This document shows, piece after piece, positions 1-6,870 of a DNA stretch of 7,726 nucleotides. Both the position numbers and the translations under genes were made by a program. Origin of the DNA: Candidatus Wukongarchaeum yapensis (GTDB lineage: Archaea; Asgardarchaeota; Wukongarchaeia; Wukongarchaeales; Wukongarchaeaceae); assembly GCA_016840425.1 (NCBI GenBank), contig JAEOSI010000102.1:1-7726 (forward strand). The letters are read 5' to 3'. The first letter of the stretch is position 1; every line of letters begins with the position of its first letter. Below the pieces are notes generated by a model. The model made no database searches. It saw only the letters and a list, made by a program, of their open reading frames with translations, and was not told where the DNA came from.

Positions 1-17
1 GAGGGCTCTTAATCTTT

Positions 18-1265
18 TCAAGCGCCGAACTTTTTTGATCTATTGATCAGATCCAAGATTATGGGCATAACTTCTGTACCTTTTATTCTTCCAAGCATTC
101 CTTTGCTCATCTCTTTTTCAGTGCACTTTTCTGCGAAGTCTTGAAAAACTCTGAGAGTTGGACCCCACATGATTATGGGGGTGGGGTTGGCTGTGTGCTC
201 CGCTATTTCGGTGGAGGTTGTGTGGTCGCTAAGGATGACGAGAAGGGCTTTTGGAGGGATTTTGCTTAGAATTGTTTCGATCATTTTATCCGTTTTTTCT
301 AGGGCGGTTATTTTTGCTTTGTAGTCTTTGTCGTGGGACACTTCATCTGTTGCTTCTATGTGGAGTAGCACGAAGTCATGGTCTTTTAAAGCTGCTACTG
401 CTGCGTTGCCTTTCGCCTCATAGTTTGTATCTATGTAACCTGTAGCGCCTTTAACCTTTATAACGTTCATGCCTGTAAGATAACCGAGACCTTTTATTAG
501 CCCTATTCCTGCAATACATGCGCCTTTAAGCTTCCATTTTGAGTAAAAATCTTCAAGAACAGGGGTTTTTCCCGCACCCCTTGGCATAATGACGTTTGCT
601 GGAGACGTGTTCGCTTGTCGACGAGCAAGGTTTACAGGATGATCCTTTAACACTTCGTAAGTTTTTTTAACAAACTCGTTAACAAGGGCTGATGTTTTTT
701 TTGCTTCCGCATTAGTATTCTCAGGTCTTGCTTCAAGGAGTTTTTTTCCCACTTCCCCTGGATCAACGTCAGAAACATAGGGTGAAAGATCATCACCCCT
801 CAAAACTAAAACACATCGATAATCGGCGCTGTTTCTAAAAATAAACTCTACTGATGGATCAGACAAGCTTATCCTTTCATTTATCACCCTTTCTAGTTCT
901 TCTGTACCTTCACGAATATAGTCTGCTGTACGGTTTATAAGCGTGAAATTCTCATCAACAGTTGCATAGTTGCATCGCAAAGAAATATCTCCAGTTTGTA
1001 AACTCAATCCCGTGCCAGCAGCTTCAATAGGACCTCTGCCAGTATAAACTTTATAAGGGTCATGCCCTAAGATAGCTAAATGAGCAGTATCTGAACCCGG
1101 AAGCTTGCCGGGGCCCAAAGAGTGAAGCAGCCCACACATACCTTCCTTCGCAATTTTGTGTATGTTAGGAATCTCTGCTACCTCGAGGGGAGTTTTTCCC
1201 TCTAGGGTAGAGAGGGGTCTGTCAGCCATTCCATCTATCACGATCATTAGGCATTTTCCTTGCAT
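18..1265 (-). CDS. apgM: 2,3-bisphosphoglycerate-independent phosphoglycerate mutase, archaeal type (415 aa)
   Basis: Motifs DGMADRP, GKTPLEVA, PGSDTAH (catalytic Ser), YTGRGPIEAAG, HIEATDEVSHD, SDHT and the C-terminal KFGA. Start moved from the track's TTG at 1361 to the ATG at 1265: it has a GGTGA SD 5 nt upstream and a TATA box further up, and the first 32 track residues precede the conserved N-terminus. Confidence 0.93.
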   Translation of the reverse strand: MQGKCLMIVIDGMADRPLSTLEGKTPLEVAEIPNIHKIAKEGMCGLLHSLGPGKLPGSDTAHLAILGHDPYKVYTGRGPIEAAGTGLSLQTGDISLRCNYATVDENFTLINRTADYIREGTEELERVINERISLSDPSVEFIFRNSADYRCVLVLRGDDLSPYVSDVDPGEVGKKLLEARPENTNAEAKKTSALVNEFVKKTYEVLKDHPVNLARRQANTSPANVIMPRGAGKTPVLEDFYSKWKLKGACIAGIGLIKGLGYLTGMNVIKVKGATGYIDTNYEAKGNAAVAALKDHDFVLLHIEATDEVSHDKDYKAKITALEKTDKMIETILSKIPPKALLVILSDHTTSTEIAEHTANPTPIIMWGPTLRVFQDFAEKCTEKEMSKGMLGRIKGTEVMPIILDLINRSKKFGA

Positions 1266-1270
1266 AAAAA

Positions 1271-1275
1271 TCACC
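1271..1275 (-). promoter_or_regulatory. Shine-Dalgarno GGTGA for apgM
   Basis: Minus strand reads GCGGTGATTTTTATG. GGTGA is complementary to the archaeal 16S 3' end. Confidence 0.7.
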
Positions 1276-1303
1276 GCAAAAACCAACGAAATAGAGCGGG
1301 ATA

Positions 1304-1311
1304 TATATAAA
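1304..1311 (-). promoter_or_regulatory. Archaeal TATA box (TTTATATA) of apgM
   Basis: Consensus TTTATATA lies 39-46 nt upstream of the ATG at 1265, implying a short leader that just contains the SD. Confidence 0.62.
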
Positions 1312-1351
1312 CAAATAATTAGATCGAAAACAGGGCTTTTAAATATTTCAA

Positions 1352-1376
1352 TAAAAAACAATAAAAATTAAGAAAG
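1352..1376 (-). terminator. Putative oligo-T terminator of the methyltransferase gene
   Basis: Minus strand reads CTTTCTTAATTTTTATTGTTTTTTA about 40-65 nt after the stop at 1419, within a pyrimidine-rich 3' region and upstream of the apgM TATA box. Confidence 0.4.
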
Positions 1377-1418
1377 ATAATAGGGGTTTAAGGTGGGGAG
1401 AAGATGGTTAAAAGGTTT

Positions 1419-2771
1419 TTAATGCTTTTTTCGGATTTTTGCTATGAAAAAGCCTTCGCAATTTATCTTATCAGGTAGTAATCTTTGAGCTTCAGGCATG
1501 TTAATAGCCGGTTCTCCTAAAAAGGGCTCTGTCCTTTCAAGGTAAAAATCGGGGTGGTTTTGCAGAAATTTCTCTATGATATCCTCATTTTCATTTTTAA
1601 TTATTGAACATGTAGAGTAAACGAGTGTTCCTCCAAGTTTTACTGCTTTTGATACGTGGTTTAAAAGTTTTATTTGAAGTTTTGATATCCACTTTGTGTA
1701 TCTTTTTGTTAATCTCCATTTGTTTTCTGGGCGTGAACCTATCGTCCCACTACCAGTACAAGGAGGATCTAAAAGGATTTTATCAAAAGTTGCTTTAAGG
1801 GGTAACATATTAGCGTCTGCAATTATGAGTGAAGTGTTTTTTACAGTGAAAAGTTTTAGTTTTTTATGAAGTTCTAAAGCCCTCCTTCTCCGTATATCTA
1901 TGGCCACTATACGTCCCCTATTTTGCATTAATTGAGCGATGTGGGTTGTTTTTCCCCCAGGTGCAGCACAAGCATCTAAAACATCATCCTCTGGACTAGG
2001 TTTAAGGACGTGGGACACAAGGGTTGAAGCGAAATCTTGTATGAAAAATAAACTTTCTTTATACCCTTTAACCCTTGGCAGAGGTACTTCTGTTTTAACC
2101 ACATTAAAAACGTCGAGCAAAGGTGTTTTCTCTAACTGCATTCTGTGATCCATTTCGAGAAAAGTATCAGGGCTTATTTTAAGCGTGTTGACCCTTATGG
2201 TTCTTTTTGGAGGTTTTCCAAGGTTAGACATTATGGATTTTGCCCGCGCTTCTCCCCAAACTTCTATCAAATGTTTTACAAGCCATTTTGGCATAAAGTA
2301 TTCCAATGCAAGGACATCATAACGATCCGATGTATTTTCAATTATGGTGGATGGTTGTATTTTTTCTATCCTGCGAGCTAAAGCGTTGATAAGTTGTTTA
2401 TCTTTCTCCTCCATATTTTGTCCTATTGAAACTACGGCCTCATTGGTTGCCAAGGCAGCGGGAACATTTTGAATGTGCATTTGGTAAGTTGCAACCCTCA
2501 AAACATTCAACATAAAAGGATTCAAATCTTTTAATGATTTATTGTTTAAAACTTCTTTTATTATCCTGTCTAAAACGTTTCTCGCTCTGAGAGTTTCAAA
2601 AACAAGGGCATGAACTGCAGAATGAGTTTTCCAGTCTGATATGGCAAATTTTTCAGCCACTTTTTTAATAGCCTGGCGAGCAGATAAACCGCTACCGATT
2701 AACTCGAGACTTTCGGCAGCTATAAACTCCCGGTTAACAGCGTTTTTAATGCTTACCCACTCCCTGTTCAT
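1419..2771 (-). CDS. rsmB: RsmB/NOP2/Sun family RNA cytosine-C5 methyltransferase with N-terminal NusB-like domain (450 aa)
   Basis: SAM-binding motif DACAAPGGKTTHIAQ, motif IV DPPCTGSG and motif VI VYSTCS, with both catalytic Cys present. NusB-like N-terminus (LVFETLR..NVLDRII, LRVATYQM, ATNEAV). Whether the substrate is 16S rRNA or tRNA cannot be determined from sequence. No SD precedes the ATG, so the transcript may be leaderless. Confidence 0.9.
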   Translation of the reverse strand: MNREWVSIKNAVNREFIAAESLELIGSGLSARQAIKKVAEKFAISDWKTHSAVHALVFETLRARNVLDRIIKEVLNNKSLKDLNPFMLNVLRVATYQMHIQNVPAALATNEAVVSIGQNMEEKDKQLINALARRIEKIQPSTIIENTSDRYDVLALEYFMPKWLVKHLIEVWGEARAKSIMSNLGKPPKRTIRVNTLKISPDTFLEMDHRMQLEKTPLLDVFNVVKTEVPLPRVKGYKESLFFIQDFASTLVSHVLKPSPEDDVLDACAAPGGKTTHIAQLMQNRGRIVAIDIRRRRALELHKKLKLFTVKNTSLIIADANMLPLKATFDKILLDPPCTGSGTIGSRPENKWRLTKRYTKWISKLQIKLLNHVSKAVKLGGTLVYSTCSIIKNENEDIIEKFLQNHPDFYLERTEPFLGEPAINMPEAQRLLPDKINCEGFFIAKIRKKH

Positions 2772-2858
2772 ATATAATAGATAAATACAAAAGATAAAAT
2801 AAACATTACGATTGTAAGATAGGAAAATGGGAAACCCTATTAGGTGGAGGCATCTTGT

Positions 2859-3680
2859 TTGGCGACGATGAAGGAGGTGGTCGAGAAGATAGAAGGACTA
2901 TTTTCTCACCACCTTGAAAGACCTATCGGGATCCAGATAGGGGATATTTCGAAAAATGAAATGGAAAAACAAAAGATTTTAAACTGTACTGTTGCTTACG
3001 CCGTTGATCGTGTTTCTGTAACTGAAACACTAAAAAAACATGCAAACTTACTAATACACTACAAAGAGTATAGAAACATGTTTTTGGGCGAAAAATTAAA
3101 CCTCACGAAAGCTTTGATACGGAAAGGTGTCAATCTCTACGCTTTAGGAAAGGCTTTTGATAACGTTAAAAACTTCGGACCCAACACCGATATCCTACAA
3201 AACATGCTAAAAGCGGAGATACAAGAACCAATAATTGCTCAAAATGAGAATAATGTGATAGGTTACGTTGCAAAACTATCTGCACCCACTAATCTTTACG
3301 AAATAGCTACTACTCTAAGTAAAAATATTGGGGAGAACTCCATCATACAAACAGGAGAGAGAAAAAAAGAAAAATCAATAGATTTACTTGCAACCATCAT
3401 AGGATATTCAATAAATTCTGAAATAGTTAATAAATTGATGAAAATTTTAGACAAAGCTTCCCAAGGACTTGCAATAATAGCTTCAAAAATAGGGTATGAG
3501 GAAGCAAATGATCTCCTCAACATAGGAGCAAATATAGTAAAAATAGAGGAACAACCAGCAATAAGTTTGAGCCTAAAAAGGCTTGCAATGAACCTAGATC
3601 TCGAACTAAGATCTTTAGAGGCTAGAGCTTATTACGTCGAATCAGAACGCCTACTTTTCCCCTTCACAGAGAAAGAATAA
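2859..3680 (+). CDS. Divergent NIF3/DUF34 (YbgI-like) fold protein, probably lacking the dinuclear metal site
   Basis: Family-like segments occur in the correct order: GIQIG, ANLLIHYK, KALIRKGVNLYA..AFD, GPN..L..ML, IGYVAKL..P..LYEI, LATIIG, IIASKIGYEEA...GANIVKI. Likely start is TTG at 2859, 8 nt after GGAGG (2846-2850); the open frame begins at GTG 2844 and an ATG at 2868 is also possible. Confidence 0.68.
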   Translation: MATMKEVVEKIEGLFSHHLERPIGIQIGDISKNEMEKQKILNCTVAYAVDRVSVTETLKKHANLLIHYKEYRNMFLGEKLNLTKALIRKGVNLYALGKAFDNVKNFGPNTDILQNMLKAEIQEPIIAQNENNVIGYVAKLSAPTNLYEIATTLSKNIGENSIIQTGERKKEKSIDLLATIIGYSINSEIVNKLMKILDKASQGLAIIASKIGYEEANDLLNIGANIVKIEEQPAISLSLKRLAMNLDLELRSLEARAYYVESERLLFPFTEKE

Positions 3681-4782
3681 AACTAGGATCAGGATCTTGA
3701 GAAAAGGCTTCGTATTCAAGAAAAGTTTTCCAAACCTCGTAACAATCACAAACCGCACCAAGCATTTCTGGATCTTGGTTTAAACTTGTTTTTCTTATAG
3801 CTTGTAAAACCTTTTTATCGCACTTGCCACAATTGTGGGATCCTCTACTTTTTCCTCCTGCAACAGGGTCACAAATAATTCTGTCGACATCGCTTTTTAT
3901 TTTGTTAAAGCTTTTTTTCAAAACCTCTATTATGCTCCAAAGCCAAGGGGGACGATAACTTTTATTTTTCCAAAGTTTTTCAACTAATGTGCCTGATTGA
4001 ACGTTACAAGGATTAAAAGATATGGATTTTGCCCCTACTTTTGAGGCGTCTATTGCCGATTTTATAGCGTCATTTATAGCTTCTTTTTCTGATAAAAAGG
4101 GTGGTTTAATCAAAATGTAAGCTTTTACGCGTGCCTCTCCGTCAATGATTTCATGCACAACTTTAGAAAAATCTTGGAAAGAAAAGCCTTTATTTATACA
4201 CCTAGACCTTACAATATCGTTACTGGTTTCAAGACCTATTCCTACTTCCAGGGTCTTTCCATTTAGGATGTTTACTGTTTCCTCTATTTTTTCTGATGTT
4301 ACATATTCAGGACGGGACTCAACAACGACTTCTGATACATTTTTATACGTAGAGATAGTTTCAAAGATTTTTTTCTGTGCTTCTTTTGAAAGCTCGGACT
4401 CATCAAAGAAACTGCCACTAGTGAATATTTTTAAAGCTTCAAACTCTTTGTCAAGGTTGTTTTTCAAAGTTTTCTCAAACTCGTATACAAGTTTTTCACT
4501 ATCGCATACACTTTTAGCACCATATTTTACTGCGTCGTTTATGTAACCGCACATAGAACAGCCGCCGCTTTTTGAAAGAGCCCATGAACATCCCTTTGTT
4601 GGTAAAATAATGGTTAGAGCCTTTCCAATACCTTTCAATAAACGATCCTGTTCTATCCAATATTTAACGCTTAAAACTTCTTTCTTCTTAATCTTTGATA
4701 AGTGATAGCTTCTTATAGCTTTGATTTCGTTAGAGAAATCGGGATCTTTTAGGCTTCTTGTCTCAAAATTTTTTACTGACAT
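3664..4782 (-). CDS. raSEA: Archaeosine biosynthesis radical SAM protein RaSEA (TIGR01210-type, 372 aa)
   Basis: IILPTKGCSW...GGCSMCGY, KIFTSGSFFD, VESRPEY, IGLETSND, YILIKPPFLSEKEAI, YRPPWLWS and C-terminal RGSHNCGKCD...CDC. Lies 2 nt downstream of arcS on the same strand. Confidence 0.92.
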   Translation of the reverse strand: MSVKNFETRSLKDPDFSNEIKAIRSYHLSKIKKKEVLSVKYWIEQDRLLKGIGKALTIILPTKGCSWALSKSGGCSMCGYINDAVKYGAKSVCDSEKLVYEFEKTLKNNLDKEFEALKIFTSGSFFDESELSKEAQKKIFETISTYKNVSEVVVESRPEYVTSEKIEETVNILNGKTLEVGIGLETSNDIVRSRCINKGFSFQDFSKVVHEIIDGEARVKAYILIKPPFLSEKEAINDAIKSAIDASKVGAKSISFNPCNVQSGTLVEKLWKNKSYRPPWLWSIIEVLKKSFNKIKSDVDRIICDPVAGGKSRGSHNCGKCDKKVLQAIRKTSLNQDPEMLGAVCDCYEVWKTFLEYEAFSQDPDPSFILSL

Positions 4783-4784
4783 TT

Positions 4785-6752
4785 TTAGGTTTCATCCTGT
4801 TTATTTTTGCGTCTTATCCGCACAGCAGGACCCTTCTTTGCCATCACCATCTGTTTACCGCTTAAAACAGCTTTTCCCACGGCTAAAATGCGCCTATCTT
4901 TATTCACGATAAAAACTTCATCTTGGGGTCTTATTTGCTTATCAGCTTCAGATACGGCGACACAGTAAAGTGTTCCTCCCTCTATCTTATTACCATCAAA
5001 TTCCACGAAATAAAAACCTTTTTCAACCAACTTCTCTCCCCCCAAAAAGGTTAGGGCAAGTAAACCGTCCTCAGGGACAAGAGTGGCAACTTGTGCGTTA
5101 TTTATAAAAAACCGTTGAACACGGGGATAATTTCCCTCAACTTTTATTCTCATACTTGGGGGGAGGAGAATGTTTCCCACACCACTTCCAAACTGAAAAT
5201 CAGCAATCATCCTACCCCTGCCTATATGAAAAAGATTAGGATTAGAAACAGCATTATTTCGATCTTTTAAAGCCTCGTATACTGCACTTTTTAGCCTTTT
5301 TAAAGAGCCTTCAGCCTTCGGAGATTCACCGTTTAAACAGGTAAATTCAACATCTCTACTCAAATAATCTGACGCCTCCCTAACAATTTCTGCATAAACC
5401 CCATCAACGTGAGCAAGAAAATGGACATCTTCCCCAAAATTGCTCAAATAATTGCCCATTACTTCGGTTACTGTCTTTTTTTCTTCCCAGTCCCAATGCC
5501 CCGTCACCGGTATTTCATACTTAGAAGCAGGGTAAGTCAGTTCAAGCTCCCTTGGAACAACTCCCAAGGGAGAAGTTAAGATGATCTCGTGTACCATTTT
5601 GATCTTTTTCCTTGCTCCTCCTTTTATAGATCGAAGGAAAAACTTGTGAGACTTTGAAAAAGAGTAGGGTTTTCTAGCAGAACATGGCAAAATCACGACG
5701 ATTTTTACATGTTTTGGAGGCTTACACCGTTCAATAATTCTTTTTCTCCATCGTTTAACCATAGGACGATAAAGAGAATCTGAACTAGAGCATAAAAAAA
5801 CAGACTTACGACGAACTGGAATAGCCTCTTCTACTTGACTGGAATAATTTGAATCACGATCAAGAATGCGAAGCGCCCCCTTAATAGAGGGTGAGGCGTG
5901 TGTTATTGCCTCCACGCTTTCCCTGAAAACCTCTCCTCGGATATCCTCTCTGATCGATCTTATCTCGCTCTTATAAACCGAAAGATTGTGGGCAAGTAAA
6001 AACTCAAAAATTTCCTCTCTACTATGTTTAAAATCTGCATTTAGGTCAAAATTTTCACAATGAGTACAAGGACATGGAAGCTCCTTCAACCCTTTAAAAT
6101 CAAGGACTTTACTAAAAGTTAAGTAATTTTTTTGACTTGCAGCAATATATGCGACGGAATCATCAAAAATGTCCACTCCGAGATAGGAAAGAAAACGCAT
6201 AAAATAAGGAGGGATAAAGGAGCTTAAATGGAGGACGGAATCGGGGGTGCAGATGTTTTTAATAACGCCAACTATTATATCAATCATTTTACGAGGATTC
6301 TTTAATAAACTAGAAACTCTTTGAAGTATAAAATACCTTAAACCTAATTTAACGGCTTCTTTTAGAAGATAAGAAATTTTAGAAGGCTCTAAATTACAAG
6401 GTACGGGAAAAGCTAAATCTTGAGCATCAAATAACTTTTTTTCACAAATTAAATTCTTTACAAGGTTCAAAAGATTAACAACGTCTCCCTCGAAATTTAG
6501 AGAAGGAATAGTATACAAAAGGTCTGAATTTTTTTCGGTCTTAATTAAGGCGGGTGAGGAAGATCTAAAATTTTGAGGAATTAGTACTTTTAGGGGGTTT
6601 TCTGAATCATCTCCTACCCTCCATAGATTTTCAAAAATCGATGGATGAGCAATACAAGGCGTCAAAAAACTGTTTCTATTTAAGTAAATCTTACCGATTC
6701 TTGCCAATCCATCCAATTTATGTGCCTCAAAATAAAAATCCTGAGAGCTCAA
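4785..6752 (-). CDS. arcS: Archaeosine synthase ArcS (TgtA2): TGT-like N-terminal domain with Zn site, catalytic domain and C-terminal PUA domain (655 aa)
   Basis: Signature PCSARKPYSFSKSH matches PCx3KPYx2Sx2H. Also DGLARIG/TP N-terminus, GVDIFD, CPCTHC...HN zinc site, TSPLGVVPRELE, YEIPVTGHW, and PUA segment ADKQIRPQDEV..AVGKAVLSG. TTG start preceded by GGCGG. Confidence 0.92.
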   Translation of the reverse strand: MSSQDFYFEAHKLDGLARIGKIYLNRNSFLTPCIAHPSIFENLWRVGDDSENPLKVLIPQNFRSSSPALIKTEKNSDLLYTIPSLNFEGDVVNLLNLVKNLICEKKLFDAQDLAFPVPCNLEPSKISYLLKEAVKLGLRYFILQRVSSLLKNPRKMIDIIVGVIKNICTPDSVLHLSSFIPPYFMRFLSYLGVDIFDDSVAYIAASQKNYLTFSKVLDFKGLKELPCPCTHCENFDLNADFKHSREEIFEFLLAHNLSVYKSEIRSIREDIRGEVFRESVEAITHASPSIKGALRILDRDSNYSSQVEEAIPVRRKSVFLCSSSDSLYRPMVKRWRKRIIERCKPPKHVKIVVILPCSARKPYSFSKSHKFFLRSIKGGARKKIKMVHEIILTSPLGVVPRELELTYPASKYEIPVTGHWDWEEKKTVTEVMGNYLSNFGEDVHFLAHVDGVYAEIVREASDYLSRDVEFTCLNGESPKAEGSLKRLKSAVYEALKDRNNAVSNPNLFHIGRGRMIADFQFGSGVGNILLPPSMRIKVEGNYPRVQRFFINNAQVATLVPEDGLLALTFLGGEKLVEKGFYFVEFDGNKIEGGTLYCVAVSEADKQIRPQDEVFIVNKDRRILAVGKAVLSGKQMVMAKKGPAVRIRRKNKQDET

Positions 6753-6792
6753 TAAAACACAGCCGCCAAAAAAATAGAAAAGAAAGGATAAT

Positions 6793-6804
6793 AATAACGT
6801 TATT
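6793..6804. promoter_or_regulatory. Perfect 12-bp palindrome AATAACGTTATT upstream of arcS, candidate operator
   Basis: Self-complementary sequence 41-52 nt upstream of the arcS start, immediately followed by GTAA-TAAG-TTAC (6805-6816). Confidence 0.35.
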
Positions 6805-6821
6805 GTAATAAGTTACCTCTT

Positions 6822-6840
6822 AAAAAAGATAGAAAGAAAG
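6822..6840 (-). terminator. Putative oligo-T terminator after the Pro-rich orphan gene
   Basis: Minus strand reads CTTTCTTTCTATCTTTTTT 31-49 nt after the stop at 6871. Confidence 0.4.
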
Positions 6841-6870
6841 TTTAAGAGTTTCTAAATAACTTTCGTTTTT

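Noticed and set aside
1266-1361. 32-residue hydrophobic N-terminal extension of ApgM in the ORF track, resembling a signal or membrane anchor
   Set aside because: It spans the TATA box and SD of the ATG at 1265, so it is an artefact of choosing the upstream TTG.
2819-2840. Small hairpin ATAGG...CCTAT / GG-GAAA-CC before the DUF34-like gene
   Set aside because: Stems of 5 bp or less are expected by chance and match no riboswitch or other RNA family I can recognise.
695-3368. A/T homopolymer runs of 7-8 nt in coding regions (e.g. 695-702, 3042-3048, 3362-3368) as phase-variation or frameshift sites
   Set aside because: They encode Lys runs in intact frames of an AT-rich genome, and no split genes need a frameshift.
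251-4912. Short ORFs 251-445, 1156-1371, 1939-2148, 2145-2381, 3296-3523, 4145-4546 and 4721-4912
   Set aside because: All lie wholly or largely antisense to well-supported genes and show no motifs or convincing translation signals.
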